64,000 bases of DNA from an uncultured Verrucomicrobiae bacterium (GTDB lineage: Bacteria; Verrucomicrobiota; Verrucomicrobiia; Chthoniobacterales; JAFAMB01). The position numbers and the translations under genes are program-made. Below the pieces are notes generated by a model. The model was not told where the DNA came from, searched no databases, and worked only from the letters and a program-made list of their open reading frames with translations. Positions 38,232 through 50,216 of the stretch are shown piece after piece. How positions within the stretch are numbered: the first letter of the stretch is position 1; the number at the start of each line of letters is the position of its first letter. Where the stretch lies: the NCBI GenBank assembly GCA_963762565.1, contig CAVXLD010000001.1, positions 864,001 through 928,000 on the forward strand, read 5' to 3'.

Positions 38232-39758
38232 TCACCACAGACCCCGATCCAGCGTCCGATATTGGACAGCTTCACCCAGATGGTCGGCTGTAATCTGTTC
38301 GGCGCCGGCCAAGTCGGCGATCGTACGCGCGACTTTCAGGATGCGATCATACGCTCGCGCACTGAGGTTTAGGTTGGTGACCGCCCTACGGATCAATTCG
38401 ATTCCCTCCGAGTCCAAGCGGCAATGCTTCTTCAACAATCGAGTGGCCATTTGACCGTTGTTCCGAATCAACCCTTCCCGAGCGAATCGTTTCTGCTGCA
38501 CTAAGCGCGCCCGTCTCACCCGGTCTCGGATCGCAGCCGAACCTTCGCCTTCCGCGGTTGAGGTGAGCTCGTTCATCTCGATGGCCGGCACTTCAACGTG
38601 GATATCGATCCGGTCAAGCAACGGCCCGGATAACCTGCTCCGATACCGTTGCACCTGGTTGGGCGAGCAACGGCATTCCCGACGCGGATTTCCGTAGTGA
38701 CCACACGGACAAGGGTTCATAGCGGCAACTAACATGAAGCTCGCCGGAAATGTCATGGACCCGGCAGCTCGGGAAATCGTGACTTTGCCGTCCTCCAAGG
38801 GCTGGCGCAGTACCTCCAGAGTGGACCGATGAAACTCCGGCAGTTCATCCAGGAACAAAACCCCATTATGGGCCAAGCTCACTTCGCCCGGCGTAGGCTG
38901 CGCTGAGCCTCCTAATAGACCGGCGTCTGATACCGTATGATGTGGACTCCGGAACGGGCGTTCGGTAACGAATTGGCGGGATCCATTTAATAACCCGCAG
39001 ATGCTATGGATTTTAGTGGTCTCTATTGCTTCCGCCATGGTGATCGGAGGGAGGATCGTGGGCAACCGTTTTGCGATCATCGATTTACCGGAACCGGGCG
39101 GCCCGATCATGAGCAGATTATGGTTGCCAGCAGCAGCCACTTCGACGGCGCGTTTGACATGTTGCTGGCCATGAACCTCGGCGAAATCGTCGTCGATCTT
39201 GCCCGGAGTAAATGCAGGTTGGCCGGCGACTGGTTCCAGGGGGGCTTCACCGCGCAAGAAATTCACGACCTCGCTAAGGCTGTTAGCGCCGTAAGCAGCT
39301 AAACCCTGTACTGGAGCCGCTTCCTCGGCATTCAGTTTCGGGACAATGAGAATCTGGCGTCCGCGCCTTTTCGCTTCAAGAGCAATGGCCAACACTCCTC
39401 GGACCGGCCGGAGCTCACCAGAGAGCGCGAGTTCGCCAGCCAAACAATACGGATCCAAGTCCGGTATCCTGTTATCGTCAATTAACTTGAGCAGGCCCAA
39501 CGCAATCGGCAGATCGAAACTCGGACCTTCTTTTCGAACCGTCGCCGGAGCGAGGTTGACGGTGATTTTACCACGTGGCCAGCGCAGAGCCGTATTGGTA
39601 ATGGCTGAACGCACCCGGTCCTTGCTTTCACGAACCGCGGTATCCGGTAGGCCAACTACTGTAACTTTGCCTTCTTCGCCCCAGCCGGCATGCACTTCGA
39701 CTTCGATCTCAAAGGCATCGACTCCGACCACCGCAGCAGAATAGACCTTTGATGCCAT
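38232..39758 (-). CDS. yifB: YifB/ComM Mg-chelatase-like AAA ATPase
   Basis: [45 protein letters not shown]. Confidence 0.93.
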   Translation of the reverse strand: MASKVYSAAVVGVDAFEIEVEVHAGWGEEGKVTVVGLPDTAVRESKDRVRSAITNTALRWPRGKITVNLAPATVRKEGPSFDLPIALGLLKLIDDNRIPDLDPYCLAGELALSGELRPVRGVLAIALEAKRRGRQILIVPKLNAEEAAPVQGLAAYGANSLSEVVNFLRGEAPLEPVAGQPAFTPGKIDDDFAEVHGQQHVKRAVEVAAAGNHNLLMIGPPGSGKSMIAKRLPTILPPITMAEAIETTKIHSICGLLNGSRQFVTERPFRSPHHTVSDAGLLGGSAQPTPGEVSLAHNGVLFLDELPEFHRSTLEVLRQPLEDGKVTISRAAGSMTFPASFMLVAAMNPCPCGHYGNPRRECRCSPNQVQRYRSRLSGPLLDRIDIHVEVPAIEMNELTSTAEGEGSAAIRDRVRRARLVQQKRFAREGLIRNNGQMATRLLKKHCRLDSEGIELIRRAVTNLNLSARAYDRILKVARTIADLAGAEQITADHLGEAVQYRTLDRGLW

Positions 39759-39882
39759 AACAGACTGCAATAGTGTTTTATATCCCAAAAATTGGCAAGT
39801 TGTTTTGCTAATAATATAACGTCCTATTTTTACGTTGGTTCACCTTTGACGAATGCCCCGACTAGCACTAGGGTTTGCTGGC

Positions 39883-40101
39883 ATGAACGAGCAACTCAGA
39901 GAACTTCTGATCGCTTCAAGGTTTGTTCCTTTTAGGGTGCGATTGAATGACGGCTCAGCCTACGACGTGCCGTCAAGAGAACATGCCTGGTTCGGTACCG
40001 GACGATCAGGGTTGCTTTTCATCGAACGCGACTCCGGGGCAGCATCGGTCATCCAGATTCGGAATATCGTTGCAGTGGAGACGCCGGGAAGAGGGGGCTA
40101 G
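39883..40101 (+). CDS. Small hypothetical protein
   Basis: MNEQLRELL...FVPFRVRLNDGSAYDV resembles small proteins common in PVC bacteria (from memory). Confidence 0.65.
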   Translation: MNEQLRELLIASRFVPFRVRLNDGSAYDVPSREHAWFGTGRSGLLFIERDSGAASVIQIRNIVAVETPGRGG

Positions 40102-40124
40102 GCGGGCGAAATAGAGCAAATCCA

Positions 40125-40326
40125 AGCCCAGGACGCTTCTGCCGCCCCTTCAGGGCGCATTCTTCTCCTAACGGTAACCCTGGGCTAAGTTGTGCCGCCC
40201 CTTCGGGGCAAAGATCAGGAAAACTTACCCAAGCTACTCCATCACTCCAATACTCCATCACTCCAATACTCCGACACTCCATCACTCCGCGTGGCCGGAT
40301 TCGAGGACGACGATGACGAGAACGAG
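40125..40326. repeat. REP-like CGCCCCTTCAGGGCG element plus a family E half element
   Basis: agcccagg...gccccttcagggc...aaccctgggct...gcccttcggggc, then actccatc octamers. Confidence 0.65.
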
Positions 40327-40337
40327 TACGAAGTCCG

Positions 40338-41165
40338 CTACGCGACCTCGTTGACCAATTCCCCAAGAGGAGCAGCGGTGATCTGAACCACGTCTCCTGG
40401 CAACAACGTAAAATCGTTTGGGGGGACAATCCCGGTACCAGTCAATAAAAAGGCGCCGGCGGGGAAACTGAGTTCTCGGTAAAGGTATTCGACCAAGACA
40501 TCCAGTTCGCGATGAATTCGTCGGAGCGGAACCTGGCCTTGGAAAATTGTTTGGCCGCTGCGTTCAATCAGCAAGGCGATTTCCGTGTCCAGATCCAAGG
40601 GCTCTTCCGTCACCAGGATGGCAGGGCCCAGGGAACAGCTGCCGTCGTAGACTTTGGCTTGAGGGAGATAGAGCGGATTCTCCCCCTCGATATCGCGGGA
40701 TGAAACGTCATTTCCAAGGGTGTAACCAATGATTTTTGCATCCCGATTAATGACGAGAACAAGTTCTGGTTCGGGCACACTCCAACGCGCATCGCGCCGG
40801 ACCCGGATTTTGCCGTAGGGAGCCACGACCCGCCAGCCAGCCGCTTTAAAGAAGAGCTCTGGCCGCTCGGCGTCGTAAACCCGAGAATAAAACACGGCAG
40901 CGCCACTTTCTTGGGCTTCTTCCCGGCGTCCTTCCCGGCTCCGTTCATAGGTAACACCCGCAGCCCAAACCTCCTGAGCTCCAACCGGAGCTAGCAATTC
41001 TTCCGGCAAAGGGGGTCGCCCCGTTTTGGCATCCGCTTTGAGGTTCGAAAGATAAGCGTATAGACTCTGGTGGCTCAATAACTCGTCGAAGTCGGTGTCC
41101 GGGACCTGAAAATAGTTCTTGTCTGATCGGGCAAGAATGCCGCGCGAAGTCCGATAAAGATACAT
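40338..41165 (-). CDS. FAA-hydrolase family protein (2-keto-3-deoxy-pentonate dehydratase-like)
   Basis: QEVWAAGVTYERSR, ERPELFFK, NDVSSRDIEGENPLYLPQAKVY. Confidence 0.88.
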   Translation of the reverse strand: MYLYRTSRGILARSDKNYFQVPDTDFDELLSHQSLYAYLSNLKADAKTGRPPLPEELLAPVGAQEVWAAGVTYERSREGRREEAQESGAAVFYSRVYDAERPELFFKAAGWRVVAPYGKIRVRRDARWSVPEPELVLVINRDAKIIGYTLGNDVSSRDIEGENPLYLPQAKVYDGSCSLGPAILVTEEPLDLDTEIALLIERSGQTIFQGQVPLRRIHRELDVLVEYLYRELSFPAGAFLLTGTGIVPPNDFTLLPGDVVQITAAPLGELVNEVA

Positions 41166-41307
41166 GGTCAGATTTTTCTCTCTTAAGTTGTGATCCCTCC
41201 GGGCTACGTTTTCTAAACCGTTCTTTCCGCGAAAACCCAGCCCTCGCTAAAGCTATGGCGGGCAAGCCGGAGCCGCGGCCACTGCCCATTTCAGTGACCG
41301 CTCTTTA

Positions 41308-41529
41308 TCACACTTCGTGGTTGGTTGTGTGGTGACGTTCAAGATCGCTTCTGGCTGCCTCGACCGCATCATCGACCGTCTTCGACCCTTTGTTGGAAGA
41401 ACCACCAATGTTGCATTCGTGACAGTTCCAAGTGCCCCACATCGCCCCGGCTTCGCTTTCTTCGACGTGTATCGTATACCGAACACTCCCTTTGGTGTAA
41501 TCGTGCTGATGGATTTCCTTTACAGGCAT
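41308..41529 (-). CDS. Small hypothetical protein with CxxC and HH
   Basis: AAGGAG RBS; WNCHEC...LERHH. Confidence 0.65.
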   Translation of the reverse strand: MPVKEIHQHDYTKGSVRYTIHVEESEAGAMWGTWNCHECNIGGSSNKGSKTVDDAVEAARSDLERHHTTNHEV

Positions 41530-41588
41530 AGGAGCTCCTTTCGACTAAACCCAACCTCGCGTCGAACCCGCGGACGCACAAGTCACAG

Positions 41589-41769
41589 TTCGGCGTTTGG
41601 CGTTTGGCGTTCGGCGTTTGCGGTTTGGAGGTGCCGAGGGTATTGGGAGAATCCACGCGTGCGAGCATTTAAGAATGAGACCTATGCGACCAATCGCACG
41701 TATGGGTCGCAGCCAGAAACCTTGCAAGGAAAGGTCGAGCGCCGAACGCCAAACGCCAAACGCCGAACG
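41589..41769. repeat. Inverted heptamer arrays (GGCGTTY / RAACGCC)
   Basis: ttcggcgtttggcgtttggcgttcggcg ... cgccgaacgccaaacgccaaacgccgaa. Confidence 0.85.
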
Positions 41770-41776
41770 TGAACCC

Positions 41777-42624
41777 GTGAGCTTCCTTGGAGTCACATTT
41801 GCCGGCGTCGATGAGACCGCCGATGTCGAAATGCTTAGAGAGATCCGGTCGCATTACTTCACGGTTGAATGGGGGCTCCGGCTAGCGGTTGAACATCAAG
41901 GCCGCGCGCCAGGATTCCCCGGTGTTGCCTGGATCCGTAAACTGAGACCAGAGCTTAATCTCTCGGCTCAGCTATGGGGAAAAAACGCCACCGACTTTCT
42001 TCACGGCGACGACACTGAGCTCATGGTTCATTACGGTGAGGCCTGGTCGCTGTTTCAGCGAATCCAAATTAATTCCACGAACGGGATCGACCGGGTGGAT
42101 CTGCCGGCCCTGACTCGGCTCCTAGAGAAGTCCCGGACAAACAAGTGATTCTCCGGATCCGTGACCTGAACCTCGAATTGGCCGATGCTTTGGTTGCGCA
42201 AGGTGTTTCTTGTTCGACGCTTTTTGATCAATCTGAAGCCCCGGAAGGCGCTCAGAAAAGGTGGCCAAAAGGACTAAAACGATTTGCCGGGTGCGGCTAT
42301 GCCGGCGGGTTAGGTCCAGACAATATCTATAAACAGTTATCGCCAATTCTTAACGCAGCGCAAGGCGCGGAGCGTTGGTGGGTTGAAATGGACTCCAGCC
42401 TGCGAACCACACAACACGAGCAGGAGGTGTTCAGTTTGGCAAACTGCAAACGAGCGATCCGAGAATTCGAGAGCTCCTCTGGACCATACCATCTAGGTGG
42501 CAGATTGGCCGGGAGGGATCACTGCCTGTCCGACATAGCCTTCATTCGTGGGTCTTTTCTTCACGGCGCTGGCGACGTCGGATTCTCGCGATCCGTGGTT
42601 ACAGAAGCCGAGGACGTGATGTGA
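41777..42624 (+). pseudogene. Frameshifted TIM-barrel (TrpF-like) hypothetical protein
   Basis: VTFAGVDE..VEWG..RIQIN in the first ORF and GYAGGLGPDNI..WWVEMDSSLR in the second; frame change near 42130. Confidence 0.6.
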
Positions 42625-42908
42625 TCCCGGACCAAAATAAACGTTTGAGTTGCGGCGCACGTTCGCGGCGCACGGGGACGCGCCCCCCCCGGTACTGAAA
42701 ACTTTGGCCAGCCGATACGCCCTTACGTTCTTTCGGCTTGGACTACCGCCAGAAACACAAAGATATAGCCACCATAACGCACCATGACCGCCAAAACAGA
42801 TTCTAGCCGGTCGGCCGGTTACTACCCGTCTCCCGGCCCATCCATCTGTAGGTACATAATCCGTTCGCTCAGGTCGTGCCACGCGCTTTGATGACTGTTA
42901 TTCCCAAG

Positions 42909-43984
42909 ATGAACGACGACGCAAGAGAGTTCCGATTTAGTCTGCCTAACCTATCAAGCCCGACCGGAATTCAGGCTGAAGCCCAGAAGAACTGGATCAG
43001 CCATATTAGCCGTTATAGCGATTCCGTGGACAACGACGCGTACGGCAACGCGTGGGCCATCCGCAATGGGGAAAAAAAAGGCCTCACCCTGACGGTGGAG
43101 GCGCACGCCGATGAGATCGGTTCCATCATCCAGAACATCGGGGATGAAGGACATCCGTACCAGATCGGATCGGAGGCAGTGATCGGGAAATCGCTCGCGG
43201 AAGACGCTCAGAGTTCTGGGTGACCGTGGGCCAGTTATTGCAGTGATCGGCAACACCGCCATTCACCTGCGGGAAAAGGATGAAGATAAAATCCCGGAGG
43301 TACATCAACTCTTTGTCGATATTGGAGCGAAATCCCGGGCTGAAGTGGAAAGCCGAGGGATCCAGGATCAGGCATCCCGCGATCTACACCGATGCGGTCG
43401 AAATGATCACACCCGATCGCCTGGTTGGCCGGGCCATCGATAATCGCATCGGCGGATTTATCATTAACCAATTGTTTGCCAGTCTTTCGAGCCTCCCCGA
43501 GCGCCCGGCTGCGACCGTGATCGGTTTGAACGCCGTCCAGGAAGAGATCGGCGGGTTTGGGGCAAAGATGGCGACCTATCGATTGGACCCAAAAATCGCG
43601 ATCGTTCTCGACGTTACCCACGCCACAGATTCTCCTGGGATCGATCGGAACAAACATGGCTCGGTCAAGTTGGGCGGCGGCCCGTCTGTAACCCACGGAA
43701 GCGCCAATCATCCTCAATTAGTTGCGCAGCTGATTGAGACGTCGCGCCGGGTTGATATTCAGCTGCAGCACGAAGCCAGTTCCCGAACCACCGGGACCGA
43801 TACCGATTCGATCTTTCAATCGAAACAAGGAATTCCGAGCGCTCTGATTTCGATTCCTCTCAGGTACATGCATTCTACCGTCGAGATGGTCGACTTGCGT
43901 GACGTAGACAGCTGTGTCCGTCTACTGAAAGAATTTGTGACCGGACTCACCGATCTTTCGGAGTTTTATCCGAAGTTTTCGTGA
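42909..43984 (+). pseudogene. M42 family metallopeptidase with several frameshifts
   Basis: DAYGN..EAHADEIG, LFVDIGAKS, AIDNRIGG..VQEEIG..GTDTD..IPLRYMHS are split across frames. Confidence 0.85.
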
Positions 43985-45031
43985 GCTGGCTCGCTGAAAT
44001 CGCCAAGAATGAAGGCGGCCGTCTGCGGTTTGACCGTTTTATGGAGTTGGCGTTGTTCCATCCGACTCACGGTTATTATACCCGTCGAATCCGTGGAGTC
44101 GGACAGTCTGGCGACTTTTCCACATCGACCACCCTTAGCCCCGCGTTGGGGAAAGCGGTGTTCCGCTGGCTCGAGGCAGAAGCGAAATATCTAGGATTCG
44201 ATCCCCTGATCATCATCGAGCCTGGCATCGGGACCGGAGCACTTGCCAAGGTTGTTCTCTCTCAAATGAGGCCTTGGAGCCGGGTCCGCTATTTCGGCGT
44301 CGATCTCCGACGCCGCGCCAACGCATTTTGGATAGGTCGTTGAGCAGGCCGCCGCCGCTTCCGTTCATTCAATTCGATCGAAACCGCTCTAGCTGGAGGC
44401 GAAAGGGAAAGCGATCGTAATTTCCAACGAATTCGTGGACGCATTTCCATGCCGGCGACTGGTTCGAGTCAGAGACCGGTTGGGCTGATACTCTACCTCC
44501 GCTATGAAGGTGATCAATGGCGACAGGAATTATCGCCGGCGCGGACCTTTCATTTCCAGGCAGCGCTCTGGATAGCCGGTTTTGGAGTCGGGACAAACCA
44601 TCGAAGTCCATGAGCGATTTCGTGACTGGCTCGCGACACTCTCCGCTGAGCTCACCGCCCGGTGCGATCCTGACCATCGATTACGGCGGTCAACCCAGAT
44701 GAGATTTATCAACGCCGGCCCAACGGCACTCTTACGCGGTTATTTCCGGCAACAGCGAATCGAAGGAAACGAAATCTTTCATCGAGCCGGCTTTCAAGAT
44801 CTTACCGCCGACGTTAAGCTCACCGACTTGCAGGTCTGGGGCGACGAATGCGATTTCAAAATCGTCAATTACCTTACTCAACGAGAATTTGTATTTAACT
44901 GGACCCTATCGCCTGCACTGAAGAAACGTTCAGCACGCAACGGCATTCACGTTAGACCAGGGTGGAGCGGGAACCGCTTTCAAGGTGTTGCATCAACGGA
45001 AGGGATAACGGCGTGCTTTAACGCTCCTTGA
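43981..45031 (+). pseudogene. MidA/NDUFAF7-like SAM methyltransferase, disrupted
   Basis: FDRFMELALFHP..GYY, GDFSTS, SNEFVDAFP, LTIDYG, QDLTADV fall in different frames; TGA at 44341. Confidence 0.8.
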
Positions 45032-46036
45032 TAGGGCACTTGAGAGAAAATCCGCCAGATCTTTTTCGAATTTGTCAGGCTCTTCAGCATAAGGGAAATG
45101 AGCGCTTTGATCGAATTCATCGAACCGAGCGTGTGCCAAGTGATCAGCCAGATCTCGCATTTGATCCACCCCAACTGCGCCATCATACTTTCCCACCATA
45201 ATCAGGACCGGCATGGTCAGCCTGTCGTACGCCGTGAATTTGTAGCAAAGAAACTGGCTGTCGGAACCAAAGCAGGCCCGGCTAAGTTCGCCGGTGTTAC
45301 TGAGCCCGCTGGCTGCGTCCCGGTCCGCTTGCTCTTTTTGGTAGCGTTGATCGTGGAATTGTTGCCAGTTGTGAAAACTCTGCGAATCAACTTTAGCTAG
45401 AGCGTCCTTTTCTACTGCGAACAACGCTTTGGTAATCGCGCAGATATCACCATTCTTTGATGCCTGCTGATAGTTCTTTTGTTTATCCCCCGAGAACGCG
45501 CTCGCCCAGGCATCCGGGTAGCGTTGTTCGATTTCGGTCCGCCAAAGCACGAGGGTTGCGGGAAGATCCGCAGCTCCGTCGACAACGATTAAGTTCTGCA
45601 CGTTGTCTGGATAACGGGACGCGTACTCTAGGGCGATGTCTCCGCCAAAGCTATGCCCCAGAAGAGAGATTTTTGTCACCCCGAGACTCTTTCGCAGCGC
45701 TTCGACGTCATCTACCAGTGTCGGTATTGCATAGTTATTGGTCCAAGGCCTCTCGCTGTGACCACAACCCCGCTGGTCGAGATAAATCATAACCGCATGC
45801 CGTTCCAAGCGAGGCCCGATGGTTTGCTTGAAACTGTAGCTATTGTATCCCGGACCTCCATGCAGGTAGATTAAAGGCGCGTCTCCGCGCCGTTTCTCGC
45901 CCGCTACTTCGTACCAAAGCCTCACCCCATTCAAAACGACGTTATGTTCACCGGGATCGAGCGCCGTCTGACCGATCGATTTCATTGGGAAAAAAGCAGG
46001 CAGGAACGCCGCCAGGTAGAAGAGTTTCCAGAGCAT
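44993..46036 (-). CDS. Alpha/beta hydrolase (proline iminopeptidase-like), secreted
   Basis: LHGGPG, DQRGCGHS, GHSFGG, SAHFPYAEEP. Confidence 0.88.
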   Translation of the reverse strand: MLWKLFYLAAFLPAFFPMKSIGQTALDPGEHNVVLNGVRLWYEVAGEKRRGDAPLIYLHGGPGYNSYSFKQTIGPRLERHAVMIYLDQRGCGHSERPWTNNYAIPTLVDDVEALRKSLGVTKISLLGHSFGGDIALEYASRYPDNVQNLIVVDGAADLPATLVLWRTEIEQRYPDAWASAFSGDKQKNYQQASKNGDICAITKALFAVEKDALAKVDSQSFHNWQQFHDQRYQKEQADRDAASGLSNTGELSRACFGSDSQFLCYKFTAYDRLTMPVLIMVGKYDGAVGVDQMRDLADHLAHARFDEFDQSAHFPYAEEPDKFEKDLADFLSSALSRSVKARRYPFR

Positions 46037-46141
46037 TACTTTTGTCAGATTATGGCTGGGTCTGGTCGCGCAGCCGACAAGCTCAGTCAAACTAATTCGG
46101 CCAAACCGTGAAGCGAGGGAATGCTCCACAGGTGTCGCTCC

Positions 46142-47622
46142 TTAAAACCAACCCTTCAGCCGCGGATATAGTTCTTTGAAGCGGGCGTATGCTCGTTCGT
46201 ACAATTCAACCCGAGCGGCATCTGGTTGAGTGACTTCGTCGAACCGAGGCGCAAAAGATTGGGTTTCTTTAAACCCGCCAAAAACACCAGCGGCGATTCC
46301 GCCTAGAGTCGCGGCGCCGACTCCAGCCCGTTCCGCAGAGTTGGCGTCTTCGCCCCGCAGCAAAGGCCGATTGAGCGTGTCCGCAAGCATCTGGCGCGAC
46401 AACGGGCTAGCCAGTCCGTTTCCGGAAGCCACCCAGCGGTCCATGCGTACGCCGGTTTCTTCTATCGTCTCAATGATCTGGCGCATCGCATAGCTGATCC
46501 CTTCCAAAACCGCCCGGATCAAGTGACCGGTATCGTGCCGGAGGGTAGACCGGCGAAGGTGCCGCGGGCTTGCGGGTCCATCAGGGGCGAGCGTTCACCA
46601 ACCAGATAAGGTAAAAAAAACAATCCTTCCGCACCGATTGGGACTGCTCCGGCCATCTGATCCAATTCTCGATACGAGACTTGATCGCACCGCAGCACCT
46701 GCCGGGCCCATCGAAGCGCCATCCCGGCTGATAGCATTGCGCCCAGCAGATACCAGCGCGAAGGCAGGGCATGACAAAAGGTGTGCAGCCGGCCTTCTGA
46801 ATCAAAAACGGGAGCCGCCAACGGTACAAACACTTGGCCTCCAGTCCCCAGGGTTACCGAACCCTGGCCAGGCTCGATCAATCCATTGCCAACCGCTTGC
46901 GCCGGTTGATCGGCCGAACCAGCAGCAACCGGTATCCCCGGTTCAAGTCCAAGCTCCGCAGCCGGTCCTGGCAACAGTTTGCCGCAAATCGCGGCTGAAT
47001 CACGGGCCTCGGGAAAGATCGTTTTCGGGAGACCTAAGACTTCTATCACCTCCCAAGCCCATGTTCGGCGGGCGACATCAAATAAGCCCGTTGCCGCCGC
47101 GTCGCTAGCATCGGTAGCAACTTCGCCGGTGATCTTGAAGCGGATGTAATCCTTTGGCAGAAGGATTGCGCCGATGTTGTCCAAGCGGGCCGGATCATGT
47201 CGTTGCAACCACCGGAGCGTCGCAATCAGAAACCCCGCAGCAGGCGCAGTTCCGCAGACTTCAGCGAGACGCTTCTTTCCCACAACGGATTCAATCTCCC
47301 CTAACAACGGTCCACTGCGTTGATCTGCCCAAATGATAGCGTTCCCTAACAGCCGGCTTTGTTTGTCTAGAAGCGCGGGCCCGTGCATTTGCCCGGAAAA
47401 ACCGATACCCAGGATTTCCAGGCGACCGGCAGCGTTGAGGGCGGTTCGCACGGCATGCACGGTCGCCGACCACCAATGCTCTGGGTCTTGTTCCGCCCAG
47501 CCTGGTTGAGGCGTCAAAATTGGGTACTCGGCGGATCCCAAACCGAGAATTTTTCCAGCCGTCGAAAAGACGACCACTTTGACACTGGACGTGCCAAGAT
47601 CGATGCCAAGCAGTGAGCTCAT
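46142..47622 (-). pseudogene. xylB: Xylulokinase (FGGY) with a single frameshift near 46547
   Basis: GIDLGTSSVK, FSGQMHG, FLPYLVGERSP; adding one base restores GL-TLRHDTGHLIRAVLEG. Confidence 0.85.
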
Positions 47623-47753
47623 TCAGTTAAAGATATCCTGGAGCTTCCCGTAAAGTAATCAGTAATCGGTGCGACAGTGATCAGTTTCAAAACGCCGCAG
47701 CATCAACTGATTACTGATTACTTTGTAACAAGCTCGAGGACGATTAATCCGGT

Positions 47754-48602
47754 CTACGCCAGGCCATACTTGGCGGCTTTCGCCTTGAGGAACTCGAGGC
47801 CGTTAATCGCTAATTCACGGCCCTGATAGCGGCTTTTCCGCCAGAGGCAGGTGGCGCCGATTAGATCCGGATTGATGGCAGCAAACGCCTCAAGTACCAA
47901 CGGCCCTCGATAATTGATATCTTGCAGGCCCTGGAAAACATCGTCCCAATCGACAGTGCCCTCACCCGGCAGCCCGCGGTGACTCTCGGACATATGAATG
48001 TAACCAGCATAGTCACCGGCATTCCGTAGAGCAGAACCAAATCCATCCTCTTCGATGTTCATATGGTAGGTGTCGAAGTGAATCATCATGTCGTCAGCTC
48101 CGATCGCCTTAAAGTACTCGATGGCGTCGGACCCGGTGTTACAAAGATAGGTTTCGTAACGGTTGACCGGCTCGATCCCGAGCGACACGCCTTTGGGAGT
48201 TGCATACTGGCGGAGCTCACCCAGAACCTCAGCGACTTTCTTCTTCTCATCAGCCGTGGGCGGCTGTCGCGTCAATGTCGCCAGGTTACAATAAAGACAG
48301 CCCAAAAGCTGTTTGCCGCCAAAGTCGGCTACCTTGTCGACGGCATGTTTCAGAAACTGCAGGGCTCCAGTTGGATTGAACGGCAAATGCGCATCCGGAG
48401 GTAAACAGAGCGATGCGACAGCCTGGATACCGTTTTGCGACAGCGATTTCGCAACCAGCGCCGAGTCGAACTCCGACGGTTTCAGCAACGGGATTTCAAG
48501 AAGATCGAATCCAAGCTCGGCTGCCTGAGCAATCACTTTAGGAGCCAGATCGTTGTTCCAAAAACCTTCCAGGGTGAACGCGTGAATTCCGTATTTGGGC
48601 AT
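47754..48602 (-). CDS. D-psicose/D-tagatose/L-ribulose 3-epimerase family
   Basis: GIEPVNRYET, HFDTYHMNIEE, IHMSESHRG.PG.G. Confidence 0.88.
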   Translation of the reverse strand: MPKYGIHAFTLEGFWNNDLAPKVIAQAAELGFDLLEIPLLKPSEFDSALVAKSLSQNGIQAVASLCLPPDAHLPFNPTGALQFLKHAVDKVADFGGKQLLGCLYCNLATLTRQPPTADEKKKVAEVLGELRQYATPKGVSLGIEPVNRYETYLCNTGSDAIEYFKAIGADDMMIHFDTYHMNIEEDGFGSALRNAGDYAGYIHMSESHRGLPGEGTVDWDDVFQGLQDINYRGPLVLEAFAAINPDLIGATCLWRKSRYQGRELAINGLEFLKAKAAKYGLA

Positions 48603-48661
48603 AAACGAGTGAGATAGCCTGTTCCGTTCCCAAATGCATGCGCATTTGCGAACGGAACAGG

Positions 48662-50029
48662 CTACAGGAACTTGCCCGGGTTCAGGATCCGGTTCGGGTC
48701 CAGCGCCGATTTTATGGTCTGATGAAGAGCGAGGTTTTCGGCGGAAACCGCTTGCGGCCACCAGCGTTTTTTAGCGAGACCAATTCCATGTTCACCGGTA
48801 ATAGCGCCGTCCCATGCGATGATCTGGGCGAAAAGTGCGTCGAGAGTTTCGTCCATCCGTTGGCCGTTCTCGGGCTTCTCGGGATCGGCCACCATTACAT
48901 TGACATGAATGTTGCCGTCACCGGCATGGCCAAAACAGGCGATGGGGAATCCGGACCGTTTTTGCAGGTCTGCAGCGAACTTTACCAAATCAACCAGGTG
49001 CCCGCGTGGCACGGTCACATCTTGATTCAGTTTAGTTAGTCCGGTCGCTTTAAGCGATTCGGAGAATCCGCGCCGCAAATCCCAAAGCGCTTCGCATTCG
49101 GTCTCCCCAAAGGCAGTATCAATGCTGAGAGCGCCGAGTTTCTTCACGAGCGATTCCAGGATCGTCAATTCGTTCTGAACTGACTTTTCTTGTCCATCCA
49201 AATCCACCAGCAGATGGGCATTGCCGGCAGGAACGATCTGATGACCCAAATGCTGGCGCGCCGATTCCAAAGTGAACCGATCGGCAATTTCTAATGCCGA
49301 TGGCAAAAAACCGGCCCGGAGAATCTGTTGGACTGCTTCGGCTGCGTCTTCGATTTCCCGGAAACTCGCTGAAATGGAGGCTCTAGCCGGGGGCAATGGT
49401 ATCAGGCGGATAGTCGCTTCGGTGACAATGCCTAACATTCCTTCCGACCCGACAAAAAGACCGACTAAGTCGAAACCGGTCTTGTTTTTCATCGTTCTAC
49501 CGCCGACCCGGACGATGGTCCCATCCGCTAACCCGACTTCCAGTCCCAATACATAATGCCGGGTCACTCCATATTTCAGGCAGCGAGGACCGCCTGCGTT
49601 TGTAGCGATATTGCCTCCGATTGAACTGTTTCGGAAACTGGCGGGATCCGGCGGATAAAACATGCCGGCGTTGCGCGCGGCTGCCTGTAAGTCACCGGTA
49701 ATAACGCCCGGCTCGACTACAGCAACACCGTCCGGGACCGATAGTTCTTTGATTCGGTTCATCCGGATCAGCGATAAAGCGATTCCACCCTTCTCGGGAA
49801 CGCAGCCGCCGACATAACCGTAGCCTGCGCCTCTGGGAGTCACCGGTACTCGATGCTGATTGGCGATCCTGAGGATCGCGGCGACCTGCTCAGTATTAAT
49901 CGGTTCTGCCACCAAGTCCGGGAGATGGGAAGCAAACCATTTATCGCCGCTGTAGTCCTTACGCTTTACCTGGTCGCGCGAGATGACATCAGGGCCAACG
50001 GCGCTAGTCAGTTCATCAAAAATGTGCAT
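48662..50029 (-). CDS. FAD-linked oxidase (GlcD/D-lactate dehydrogenase family)
   Basis: YPPDPAS, GGNIATNAGG, GSEG.LG, GHAGDGN.H, GEHGIG, LNPGK. Confidence 0.9.
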   Translation of the reverse strand: MHIFDELTSAVGPDVISRDQVKRKDYSGDKWFASHLPDLVAEPINTEQVAAILRIANQHRVPVTPRGAGYGYVGGCVPEKGGIALSLIRMNRIKELSVPDGVAVVEPGVITGDLQAAARNAGMFYPPDPASFRNSSIGGNIATNAGGPRCLKYGVTRHYVLGLEVGLADGTIVRVGGRTMKNKTGFDLVGLFVGSEGMLGIVTEATIRLIPLPPARASISASFREIEDAAEAVQQILRAGFLPSALEIADRFTLESARQHLGHQIVPAGNAHLLVDLDGQEKSVQNELTILESLVKKLGALSIDTAFGETECEALWDLRRGFSESLKATGLTKLNQDVTVPRGHLVDLVKFAADLQKRSGFPIACFGHAGDGNIHVNVMVADPEKPENGQRMDETLDALFAQIIAWDGAITGEHGIGLAKKRWWPQAVSAENLALHQTIKSALDPNRILNPGKFL

Positions 50030-50216
50030 CGGAAACTAAGAGCCAACAACGTACGACAGGTATGGCCCGAACTAAAGGCCGAGGTCCGGTAAGGCGAAGG
50101 CTTGGGAGAGGCGACACCGTAGAACGCTGCCTGGCTTACGAGCCGGGTAAACAGGGCGAGAGAACGTACAAGAAGGACTTCTAGGCGCGCTCTTTCGCCT
50201 ACACGGTACCCGCCGC

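Noticed and set aside
42493..42882. Minus-strand 129-aa ORF between the disrupted genes
   Set aside because: No recognisable motif and it overlaps another ORF; it cannot be supported as a gene.
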